In this document: positions 17,495 through 26,093 of the stretch, in pieces | How positions within the stretch are numbered: the first letter of the stretch is position 1 | How the letters are laid out: each line of letters starts with the position of its first letter | NCBI GenBank assembly: GCA_020720815.1 | Contig: DYNY01000003.1 | Span: 1,002-65,001, forward strand | Direction of reading: 5' to 3' | Source of the DNA: Candidatus Elulimicrobium sp. | GTDB lineage: Bacteria; Patescibacteriota; Minisyncoccia; Phycocordibacterales; UBA918 | Length of the DNA: 64,000 bases | Program-made: the position numbers and the translations under genes | Notes under the pieces: model-generated | The model's input: only the letters and a program-made list of their open reading frames with translations | The model's database searches: none | Told to the model about the DNA's origin: nothing

Positions 17495-17917
17495 ATGGCA
17501 AAAAAATTAGTAAAGAAAATCAAAGTTCAAGCCACAGGTGGAAAAGCTACACCAGCTCCACCTTTAGGACCAGTACTAGGACAAGCCGGTATTAATATCG
17601 GTGAGTTCGTTAATCAATTTAACGAACAAACACGTGACCGTATGGGTCAGGTAGTACCGGTAGAACTTTCGGTTTACGATGATCGTACTTTTACTTTCAT
17701 TACCAAAGTATCACCAATGTCTCGTCTTATTCTAAAGGCACTCGGTAAAGACAAGGGTTCAAGTAAGAATGCTGTATCAAAAGTCGGTACCCTTACACAG
17801 GCTCAAGTCAAAGCCATTGCTGAAGAAAAGATGGCTGATCTCAACGCTGCTTCACTCGAAGCTGCGATGAAAACAGTGGCCGGTACTGCGCGCTCAATGG
17901 GCGTAAACGTGGAATAA
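17495..17917 (+). CDS. rplK: 50S ribosomal protein L11
   Basis: …QATGGKATPAPPLGPVLGQAGINIGEFVNQFN…, the canonical L11 N-terminal domain. Confidence 0.95.
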   Translation: MAKKLVKKIKVQATGGKATPAPPLGPVLGQAGINIGEFVNQFNEQTRDRMGQVVPVELSVYDDRTFTFITKVSPMSRLILKALGKDKGSSKNAVSKVGTLTQAQVKAIAEEKMADLNAASLEAAMKTVAGTARSMGVNVE

Positions 17918-18113
17918 ATCCACGTTTACGAAGCTTTTGAGCTCTTTTATGAGCGATAGCGATGTAAAAGAGCCAAAAGGTATACAGTTTCTGTTAAGAA
18001 ATAAACGTGGAATAAATCCACGTTTACGAAGCTTTTGAGCTCTTTTATGAGCGATAGCGATGTAAAAGAGCCAAAAGGTATACAGTTTCTGTTAAGAAAT
18101 AAACGTGGAATAA
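17904..18113. repeat. Tandem direct repeat, 98-bp unit x ~2.1 copies, beginning inside the rplK stop region
   Basis: 17904-18001 is repeated exactly at 18002-18099, with a 14-nt partial third copy. Each unit holds two hairpins (acgtgga…tccacgt and gctctttta…taaaagagc). Confidence 0.9.
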
Positions 18114-18200
18114 TAGACAAAATCAAGTAAAAAACCAGCGGTCTCTTAGAGACCGCTGGTTTTTTGGTATTATAAAACTTACTTAAACATTAAGAAAACA

Positions 18201-18722
18201 TTAAGAATTTCGTCTTTTATAATCAACCCATTGAAATTCAAAGTTGCCACTTTGTACTGGTATGTGCTCTTTGGTAGGAACAAAATCATTTTCATATTCT
18301 GGGAAGAAAGAATCAGCTAATGGTTCGCTATCGACAATGGTTAGGTGTAAGCGATCAACATACGGCATGGTTGTTGCGTAAAGTTCGGCTCCACCGCCAA
18401 TGTGTATCTCTTTGGGATTTCCTCTCTCTGCAATAGCAAAGGCAGCCTCTAGTGAACCGGCGGTAATAGCGCCCGGGACTTTGTAGTCAGGGTTACGGGT
18501 GACAATGATATTGGTCCTACCTGGTAGTGGCTTGCCCAGCATAGCGACGATAGATTCAAAGGTCTTTCGCCCCATAATAATAGGATGACCAAGGGTCAGC
18601 TCCTTAAATCGCTTTAAGTCCGCTGGAATATGCCAGAGAAGCTTATTTTTATAACCAATAGCTCGTTTCTTTCGGCTCATCGCCGCCACGATTACGATCG
18701 GTGTGGTTGGAAAGTGCATCAT
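18201..18722 (-). CDS. folA: Dihydrofolate reductase
   Basis: …PIVIVAAMSRKKRAIGYKNKLLWHIPADLKRFKELTLGHPIIMGRKTFES… gives the DHFR fold motifs. The start is chosen at MMHF…, whereas the track ORF starts 6 codons upstream. Confidence 0.85.
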   Translation of the reverse strand: MMHFPTTPIVIVAAMSRKKRAIGYKNKLLWHIPADLKRFKELTLGHPIIMGRKTFESIVAMLGKPLPGRTNIIVTRNPDYKVPGAITAGSLEAAFAIAERGNPKEIHIGGGAELYATTMPYVDRLHLTIVDSEPLADSFFPEYENDFVPTKEHIPVQSGNFEFQWVDYKRRNS

Positions 18723-18793
18723 GGTCACATTATGCCACAAGCCAGAGTGGATGTCTTTTGGCAGACCGCTTCGGGCTCACGTATAATAGAGTC

Positions 18794-19468
18794 ATGTCAC
18801 ACTTTGAAATTGAGATCAAAAGTCTATTAGGTGAAAAAAAGAACGCAGAAGCTTTAATCGAGGCGATGAAAAGCCACGATGGAGAGTGTGCTCTTTTATC
18901 TAAAAACACCCAGTTAAATCATTACTTCACCGGCGGTTCGATTCATGAGTTATACAAAAAAGTTGAACATCTTTTTACCGGGGTTGAGCATGAAAAAATA
19001 AAAACCATTACCGAGCGAGGAAAGGATTTTTCGATTCGTACCCGACAGAGAGATGACGAAGTCTTGTTGGTTATAAAAGCGGCGATTGATGGTGGCACTA
19101 GTGCTAACGCTGTCTCACGCCTTGAGTTTGAAGAACCGGTGGCAATCACCCTAACGGGACTTGATGATTTACTGATGACGGCTGGATATACTTACGAGGC
19201 CAAATGGTCACGCAGGCGTGAGGAGTATGTTTACAAAGGAGTGGCAGTCTGTATTGATAAAAATGCCGGCTATGGTTACTTGGCTGAATTTGAGACGGTG
19301 ACAGAGGATGAAAGTAGTTTGCCAGCAGTGCGGGAGAAATTAAAAGAATTGATGGATGAGCTTGGAGTGGCCGAATTACCGCAAGAACGTCTAGCGCGCA
19401 TGTTCGCACACTACAATTCCAACTGGAAGGAGTATTATGGTACTGAAAAGACTTTTGTTATTGAATAA
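18794..19468 (+). CDS. CYTH-domain protein (triphosphate tunnel metalloenzyme / class IV adenylate cyclase-like)
   Basis: The N-terminal HFEIEIK strand typical of CYTH. The start is taken at MSHFEIEIK, and the track ORF extends further upstream across the divergent folA start. Confidence 0.5.
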   Translation: MSHFEIEIKSLLGEKKNAEALIEAMKSHDGECALLSKNTQLNHYFTGGSIHELYKKVEHLFTGVEHEKIKTITERGKDFSIRTRQRDDEVLLVIKAAIDGGTSANAVSRLEFEEPVAITLTGLDDLLMTAGYTYEAKWSRRREEYVYKGVAVCIDKNAGYGYLAEFETVTEDESSLPAVREKLKELMDELGVAELPQERLARMFAHYNSNWKEYYGTEKTFVIE

Positions 19469-19478
19469 TTATCACAAT

Positions 19479-20033
19479 ATGTTTCTATCTGATGTCGATA
19501 TCATGAAGGGGGTGCACGATGGCAAGATTGTTATTAGGCCGTTTAATGAGTCTCAACTTCAGCTAGCTAGTTATGATGTTACACTTGGGAATGAGTTTGA
19601 AGTAGTAGACAGACATTTACTTGAAGCTTCCGACCCGGCCCATAAAATTTATCCAGCTACTCGCAAAGTAATGATTCCCGATGATGGCGAATTCGTTCTT
19701 CATCCAGGTGAAAATGTTCTCGGTAAGCAACGTGAGTTTATTGGAGTCGATAATGAACACCTGATTCTGCTTTCCGGTAAAAGTAGTTTGGCTCGTATTG
19801 GACTGGTGGTTCATAACACCGCTATGCTTTTTAATCCCGGGCATCATTTCTACCCCACCTTTGAGCTAGTGAATAGTAGTAATATTCCAATTATTCTTCG
19901 TCCGGGTATGCAGGTGGCTCAGTTACTTTTTGCTAGACTGACTTCACCGACCAGTAAAGACTATATGGGTGAGTCCGGAGTTGGGCGTTTTGATAGTGAG
20001 AACTCAGACCATTTTGCTGAACCAAAAAAATAA
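19479..20033 (+). CDS. dcd: dCTP deaminase (dUTPase superfamily)
   Basis: MFLSDVDIMKGVHDGKIVIRPF…QLASYDVTLG… The start is taken at MFLSD. Confidence 0.75.
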   Translation: MFLSDVDIMKGVHDGKIVIRPFNESQLQLASYDVTLGNEFEVVDRHLLEASDPAHKIYPATRKVMIPDDGEFVLHPGENVLGKQREFIGVDNEHLILLSGKSSLARIGLVVHNTAMLFNPGHHFYPTFELVNSSNIPIILRPGMQVAQLLFARLTSPTSKDYMGESGVGRFDSENSDHFAEPKK

Positions 20034-20049
20034 TTTAATTATAATTATT

Positions 20050-21060
20050 ATGTCCCAAAAACACCCCGAGTACCAATACTTAGATTTGATGCAGGATATT
20101 CTTGATAATGGTTTTAATAAGCCACTTTTCTTCAACCAAGTAGTGCTCGATGAGTACGCTAGCAAAGGAGAAGAGCCACCATTTATTCGGTCAGTTTTTG
20201 GACGACAAATTCGGTTTGATTTAAGTGACGGTTTCCCATTGTTGACCACCAAGAAAACCTTTTGGCGAGGCATCACCACTGAACTATTGTGGTTTCTCTC
20301 TGGTAGCTCAAATATTAAACCACTAATTGATGCCAATAATCATATTTGGGATGAATGGGCTTGGAAGCATTACCATATGTGGGCAGTAGAAAATGCACCA
20401 AAAGAGGACATGGAGCAGGATGCTTTTATTGCCAAGCTCTTAGAGTTACCAGAGACTGATCCTTTTGTGCAAAAGTGGGGTGACATTATTACTATTTATG
20501 GTCGAATGTGGCGACGTTGGCCAGCTAAAGATGGTCGTGAGATAGACCAACTAGCCTGGGCGATTGAAGGATTGAAGAATCGACCAGAAAGGAAGTCGTA
20601 TGTGGTGAGTGCCTGGAATCCTGATTTTATTTATGAGATGGCCTCGGAAGGACAACACTCCCAAGTACCACCTTTTTGTCATACTATGTTCCAGTTTCAG
20701 GTAGCCAACGGTAAATTAAATCTTGGTCTCTATCAACGTTCGGGGGATTTGTTTCTCGGTGTGCCATTTAATATCGCAAGTTACGCGCTATTACTCCAAA
20801 TGGTTTCTCAAATAGTTGGCATCCCGCCAGGTGAGTTCGTTCATACTTTTGGTGATGTTCACCTTTACTCCAATCATATGGAGCAAGTAAATGAACAACT
20901 AACTCGTGGGCCACTGCCTTTTCCAACGGTGAAACTTAATCCTGAAATCAAAAATATTGATGATTTCAAAATAGAAGATATAACGCTTGAAAACTACGAA
21001 TCGCATGGAGCCCTGCGGGCCCCAATAGCCAACATTGGTGGTTTTATCAAGAAGAAATAG
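20050..21060 (+). CDS. thyA: Thymidylate synthase ThyA, the long form with insertions
   Basis: …RSVFGRQIRFDLSDGFPLLTTKK…, …VPPFCHTMFQFQV…, YQRSGDLFLGVPFNIASYALLLQM. The start is taken at MSQKHPEY. Confidence 0.85.
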   Translation: MSQKHPEYQYLDLMQDILDNGFNKPLFFNQVVLDEYASKGEEPPFIRSVFGRQIRFDLSDGFPLLTTKKTFWRGITTELLWFLSGSSNIKPLIDANNHIWDEWAWKHYHMWAVENAPKEDMEQDAFIAKLLELPETDPFVQKWGDIITIYGRMWRRWPAKDGREIDQLAWAIEGLKNRPERKSYVVSAWNPDFIYEMASEGQHSQVPPFCHTMFQFQVANGKLNLGLYQRSGDLFLGVPFNIASYALLLQMVSQIVGIPPGEFVHTFGDVHLYSNHMEQVNEQLTRGPLPFPTVKLNPEIKNIDDFKIEDITLENYESHGALRAPIANIGGFIKKK

Positions 21061-21272
21061 ATATACTATTAAAATAATTTTGTAACATGATTTAATACCA
21101 CTCGTTCAATTACAGAAAGACGGTCACTTCATTTTTTGAGTCGTTTGTTCCAGGAATTTTTGCTGGGAAGGGCAAAAATTTGGAACTAAATTAAGTAAGT
21201 AAAGGAGCCATTGAGCGACTATTATGAACTTATGCAAGGCTCAAAATATTCATTACATTCATTTTTTCATTT

Positions 21273-22541
21273 ATGAACGAGTATCAATTTATTAAAGATC
21301 AAGATCCAGAAATTTACGCCACTTTAGTTGGTGAGGAGGAGCGAGAGCGTAAAGGCGTAGAGCTAATTCCCAGTGAGAACTATGTATCGAAGGCTGTACG
21401 TGAAGCCAATGGCTCAGTCTTTACCAACAAATATTCCGAAGGTTACCCTGGTCGACGCTACTATGGCGGACAAGAGTTTACTGACATTATGGAGACAATT
21501 ACTATTGAGCGGGCGAAGAAACTTTTCAACGCCAAGTATGCCAATGTGCAACCGCTCGGTGGGGCAGCGGCTAACGTGGCGATGTACTTTGCTCTGATGG
21601 AGCCGGGTGATACTGTGCTCGGAATGGACTTAAGTCACGGCGGACACTTAACCCATGGACATCCAACGACCGCCATCAACAAAGTTTTTAACTTTGTGCG
21701 GTACAAGATGAAGGATGTTGATACTGGCGAGATAGATTACGAGGCTCTTCGCCAGGTGGCACTCGAACATAAGCCAAAGATTATTCTAGCCGGTTTCTCA
21801 GCTTATAGTCGCGAGCTTGATTATGAGAAGTTTGTGGCGATTGCTAAAGAAGTGGGAGCTTACACTGTTGCTGACATGGCGCATATTGCTGGACTCATTG
21901 CTGGAGGGGTAGCGAAAAATCCTTTTGACGCTGGCTTTGATGTTATTACGACTACTACTCACAAAACCTTGCGTGGGCCACGCGGGGGAATGATTTTGAT
22001 TCGTGAGAATGAAGATATCGCCAAACGTATTAACAAAGCAGTTTTTCCAGGTATGCAAGGCGGTCCACACATGAATACAATTGCCGGTAAAGGGGTGGCT
22101 TTTGGGGAAGCGTTGACGCCAGCTTTTAAGGTCTATGTCGCACAAATTCTCAAAAACACTAAGGCGATGGAGGTAGTCTTTAAAGCACACGATGTTAGAT
22201 TACTTTGTGGGGGAACTGACAACCACTTGTTGTTGGCTGATGTCTTTGGTTCACTAGGCATCACCGGTCAAGAAGCTGAGACAGTCCTAGATGAAGTTGG
22301 AATTACGCTCAATAAAAACATGATTGCTGATGAGACTCGCACTGCTATGGACCCTTCTGGCATACGTTTTGGTACACCAGCCATGACCACTCGGGGCATG
22401 AAGGAAAGGGAGGCTACTAAACTCGCAGAGATTATGATTACTACCATGCAAGCCAAAGATGATTCAGCTAAAAAAGTTGAATTACAAAGAGAAGTACAGA
22501 CTCTCTGCGAGGCTTTCCCTGTACCAGAAAAGTTTGTTTAA
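21273..22541 (+). CDS. glyA: Serine hydroxymethyltransferase
   Basis: …LIPSENYVS…, THKTLRGPRGG PLP-lysine region. Confidence 0.9.
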   Translation: MNEYQFIKDQDPEIYATLVGEEERERKGVELIPSENYVSKAVREANGSVFTNKYSEGYPGRRYYGGQEFTDIMETITIERAKKLFNAKYANVQPLGGAAANVAMYFALMEPGDTVLGMDLSHGGHLTHGHPTTAINKVFNFVRYKMKDVDTGEIDYEALRQVALEHKPKIILAGFSAYSRELDYEKFVAIAKEVGAYTVADMAHIAGLIAGGVAKNPFDAGFDVITTTTHKTLRGPRGGMILIRENEDIAKRINKAVFPGMQGGPHMNTIAGKGVAFGEALTPAFKVYVAQILKNTKAMEVVFKAHDVRLLCGGTDNHLLLADVFGSLGITGQEAETVLDEVGITLNKNMIADETRTAMDPSGIRFGTPAMTTRGMKEREATKLAEIMITTMQAKDDSAKKVELQREVQTLCEAFPVPEKFV

Positions 22542-22677
22542 AACCTTGCTTCCTAGCGATAATTGTGTTGCTATTGTAAAATAGCCAGTTTTATATTACT
22601 ATCAATATAGGTTGTTCATGTCTCCTCCTGGCGCATCTCGTGGCTTCTTTGCAGTTGCCTATGATCTCTGCGCTTTT

Positions 22678-22712
22678 CAGCGGGTCCTTCGGGACCCGCT
22701 TTTTTTTATTTC
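22678..22712 (+). terminator. Rho-independent terminator after glyA
   Basis: cagcgggtccttcgggacccgcttttttttat. Confidence 0.7.
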
Positions 22713-22734
22713 ATTTTGCCTGTTACAATACAAA

Positions 22735-23830
22735 CGTGAATTTAGAATCCCTACGTTCCTCTTTTTTGTATTCGTTTATTAAACATCATTGGTTAACGAT
22801 AGCTTTTCTTTTTGGTTTTGTTACTGATTTTATTTTGCTTAATCGGATTGATGATAAGTTTGATAATGCGGTTTTATTTCTCTATGTTGTCCTGGCTAGT
22901 GCTTCTTTGGTTTTATTTTATTCAAGTGTGGCGGAGAAAGGTCCGTTGTGGTGGGTACGATTATTGACTAGGTTTACACCGATCACCATGCAGTATGCCT
23001 TTGGAGGCCTACTCTCGGGAATGTTGATTTTTTATGGTCGGAGTGGCGATCTGGTTGCTAGTGCACCATTTTTAGTGTTGATTATAGGTGTCATCATTGC
23101 TAATGAAGTGGTTAAGAAACGTTCTGATCGTCTACTGTATAACGTTTCAATTTATTTCATTGGGGTATTTTCGTATTGCGTTTTGATTGTGCCAGTTTTG
23201 CTAGGGTATACCGGTAATTGGATTTTTTATAGTAGTGGTCTTTTGGCTGTGGCAATAACAATGTTTTTAATCAAACTATTAAAGTGGGTTATTCCAAATT
23301 TCTTAACCATGCAGAAAAGGCTACTGGTTTTTTATGTGGGGTGCTTGTATGTCTTATTTAATACTTTCTATTTTTTTAATTTCATTCCACCTATTCCACT
23401 TTCATTGACCGAATTAAGTATTTTTCAATCAGTTGAAAAAAATCAAATTACTGGTATGTACACGATCATGAAAACAGAACCAGCTTGGTATCAAAAATTA
23501 CCTGGTTGGCCACTGACTTTTAGTCCGATGTCTGGTGGTGGGGTGTCTTGCTTTGCACGAGTTTATGCGCCAACTGCATTTAAGACTAATGTTGTACAAC
23601 GTTGGGAATATAAAGATTCTAATGGAGATTGGCAAGAAAGATATAAGCAGACCTACCCAGTCTCTGGGGAGAATAAAAATGGTTATCGTGGGTTCACAAC
23701 TCTTAGTAATGTAACTTCAGGGGTTTGGCGTTGTAGTGTAGAAAATGAACACGGACAAGTCTTAGGCCGCCAGGTGTTTACTGTCGATACTAGCTTGGTA
23801 CCTCAGAACCTCGTGACAGTCACTGAATAA
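22735..23830 (+). CDS. Polytopic membrane protein with a C-terminal soluble beta-rich domain (tentatively DUF2914-like)
   Basis: Eight or more TM helices, then …YPVSGENKNGYRGFTTLSNVTSGVWRCSVENEHGQVLGRQVFTV. The track ORF start at 22640 runs through the glyA terminator, so a GTG start at 22735 is proposed. Confidence 0.45.
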
Positions 23831-23850
23831 TTGGGTATTGTACAGAAGTC

Positions 23851-25536
23851 ATGAAAGATGTAATTACGATTGCGATTCAGGAAACTCTAGTTAATTTGGG
23901 AATGCCCAGAGTGGCTTTTGCGGTGGATCACCCAGAAGAGGTGGCTCATGGTGACTATGCTTGTAATGTAGCGATGGTGTTAGGTAGAAAAGTGGGAAAA
24001 ACACCGAAAGTGGTGGCCGAAGAAATAATGGTCGCTCTGGAAGGACAGATCGAATATGTTGAGCGGATCGCCATCGCTGGTCCGGGCTTTTTAAATTTCT
24101 ATCTTAGTCGAGACTTTTTTGCGACTGAGATAGAACGTGCTAATACTTTAGGTGAGAGTTGGGGTAAAAATAATGATTGGGCCGATAAAAAAGTAATCGT
24201 TGAGTACACTGACCCTAACCCCTTCAAGGAATTTCATATTGGACATCTTTTCACCAATGTCGTGGGAGAAAGTATTGCTCGTTTGTTTATGATGCAAGGG
24301 GCTGATACTAGACGGGTTAATTACCAGGGTGATGTTGGTCTTCATGTAGCCCATGCGGTCTGGGGAATGCAAAAACTCGGCATTGATGTGGCGGGAGATT
24401 TTAGTGCGCGCGAACTTGGTAAGGCTTATGCGCTTGGTGCCACTGCCTACAAAACCGACGAGACAGCTCAAGCTGAGATAAGAGCCATCAACAAAAAGAT
24501 TTATGATCGCTCTGACGAAGATATAAATACTATCTATGATGCCGGGCGTGCGGTCTCACTAGCCTACTTTGAAACGATTTATGCTAGCATAGGTACTCAA
24601 TTCTCATCGTATTTTTTTGAAAGTGAGACGGGGCCTTTGGGTAAAAAATTGGTTTTGGCTAACCCAGAGGTTTTTACGCTAAGTGACGGAGCAAGGATTT
24701 TTAAAGGGGAAGACTATGGTCTCCACACTCGGGTGTTTATAAACAAAGAAGATTTACCGACTTACGAAGCCAAAGAGTTGGCACTAGCTAAACTAAAAGA
24801 AGATAGGTTAGGTAAATATGATTGGTCCGTTATTAGTACCGCCAATGAGGTTTCTGAGTACTTCAAGGTGCTAAAGCAGGCGATGAGTTTTGTTTACCCA
24901 GAATTAGCAGCCAAGACGGAACACATCGGGCACGGCATGGTGCGCTTAGCTACCGGTAAGATGTCCTCTCGAACAGGGGAAGTGATTGCTGCGATAGATT
25001 TTATTGATGAAGTGATACAAGCCGCTGTGGCTAAAATGGGGCAGAGTGGTCATAGCGAACCAGATCCTGAGCTAGCCCGTAGCGTGGCTATGGCGGCCAT
25101 TAAGTACGAGATTTTACGGGGTTCAATTTTGCAGAATTCTATTTTTGACAAAGAAAAAGCTCTTTCTTTTGAAGGCGACTCCGGGCCATATTTGCAGTAT
25201 ACCCATGCTCGAATTTGCAGTGTTTTAGAAAAAACTAGAGTAGCTGGCTTATCTTCGAGTGTGATGCTATTTCCGGAGACACCTTACAAAGTAGAGCGAA
25301 TTATCTATCAATTTGAAGAAGTAGTGAGGGAGGCATTTTGTGAAAGAGCACCACATAAAGTTACTACCTATTTGACTGAACTGGCTGGGGCCTTTAATTC
25401 TTTCTACGCCCAAGAAAAAATTGCTGACCCGACTGATACGTATGCTCCGTATAAGATAGCCGTGGCTGAAGTAGTGTGTACTACGCTCAAGAACGGTTTA
25501 TGGGTTTTGGGTATCAAGGCGCCTGAAAAGATGTAG
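23851..25536 (+). CDS. argS: Arginyl-tRNA synthetase
   Basis: HIGH-region …NPFKEFHIGHLFTNVVGESIARL…, an N-terminal Arg_tRNA_synt_N-like domain, and a C-terminal DALR region. Confidence 0.85.
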   Translation: MKDVITIAIQETLVNLGMPRVAFAVDHPEEVAHGDYACNVAMVLGRKVGKTPKVVAEEIMVALEGQIEYVERIAIAGPGFLNFYLSRDFFATEIERANTLGESWGKNNDWADKKVIVEYTDPNPFKEFHIGHLFTNVVGESIARLFMMQGADTRRVNYQGDVGLHVAHAVWGMQKLGIDVAGDFSARELGKAYALGATAYKTDETAQAEIRAINKKIYDRSDEDINTIYDAGRAVSLAYFETIYASIGTQFSSYFFESETGPLGKKLVLANPEVFTLSDGARIFKGEDYGLHTRVFINKEDLPTYEAKELALAKLKEDRLGKYDWSVISTANEVSEYFKVLKQAMSFVYPELAAKTEHIGHGMVRLATGKMSSRTGEVIAAIDFIDEVIQAAVAKMGQSGHSEPDPELARSVAMAAIKYEILRGSILQNSIFDKEKALSFEGDSGPYLQYTHARICSVLEKTRVAGLSSSVMLFPETPYKVERIIYQFEEVVREAFCERAPHKVTTYLTELAGAFNSFYAQEKIADPTDTYAPYKIAVAEVVCTTLKNGLWVLGIKAPEKM

Positions 25537-25549
25537 TTAACTTTCAATA

Positions 25550-25587
25550 GTAAACGACCACCGGCCCTAAGGCCGGTGGTCGTTTAC
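25550..25587. terminator. Bidirectional hairpin terminator after argS
   Basis: gtaaacgaccaccggccctaaggccggtggtcgtttac. Confidence 0.65.
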
Positions 25588-25983
25588 TTATATGTTGCAT
25601 AGTTTTATTTGTCGTGTAATATTTCTTCTCAGAACCCTGGCGCCGTCGGGGATGTTGATGGAGAAATAAACATGTCTGGATGCTTCAAACCGGAAGTGAC
25701 GGAAGTTACCCCGGCCCATTTTTCGGGCGATGCTCGGCAGTCTTTCATCTTGGGACTTGTTCCCAAGCAAACCTGCATCGAAGTCTCTGGGACCATACTG
25801 TTGGAGCAGGTTGTGGTCGAGTTTCCTCGGCATGACCCACAACTTTTGGCCGAGAGGCTGATTTCGGAGCTTTTGAATCTTCAGGTCAGTCATGGTTTCA
25901 AGATTCGGGGGAGCAAGACGTCCCTGAGGGATATGTTCATTAGTCGACCTCTCGCCTGACATCACGATGCCTGGTCTACACAA
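25588..25983 (-). CDS. Hypothetical protein in a short GC-enriched patch, of uncertain strand and reality
   Basis: A 131-aa ORF convergent with argS and sharing its terminator. A 116-aa ORF on the + strand (25609..25959) covers the same DNA in the same codon phase. No family recognised. Confidence 0.2.
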   Translation of the reverse strand: MCRPGIVMSGERSTNEHIPQGRLAPPNLETMTDLKIQKLRNQPLGQKLWVMPRKLDHNLLQQYGPRDFDAGLLGNKSQDERLPSIARKMGRGNFRHFRFEASRHVYFSINIPDGARVLRRNITRQIKLCNI

Positions 25984-26093
25984 GCCGCACCTGTAAGGTG
26001 CGGCTTTAACGTTTTCGCTAGGCTAAATTAGTGCTATTATGCCGATATATGCCTGATATGCATATTTATTATTATGTCTGATTTACATAACTT

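Noticed and set aside
17904-18113. CRISPR array
   Set aside because: There are only two identical 98-bp units with no variable spacers, and each unit includes the end of rplK. This is a tandem duplication, not repeat-spacer architecture. No CRISPR-like arrays or cas genes occur anywhere in the window.
22640-22734. Upstream extension of the membrane-protein ORF (MASLQLPMISALFSGSFGTRFF…)
   Set aside because: This stretch is the glyA rho-independent terminator (gcgggtccttcgggacccgcttttttttat) read as protein. The real start is most likely the in-frame GTG at 22735.
25609-25959. 116-aa + strand ORF as the gene in the GC-enriched patch
   Set aside because: It cannot be separated from the overlapping 131-aa minus ORF on sequence grounds, and neither has recognisable motifs. 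It is kept only as a low-confidence alternative in the finding.
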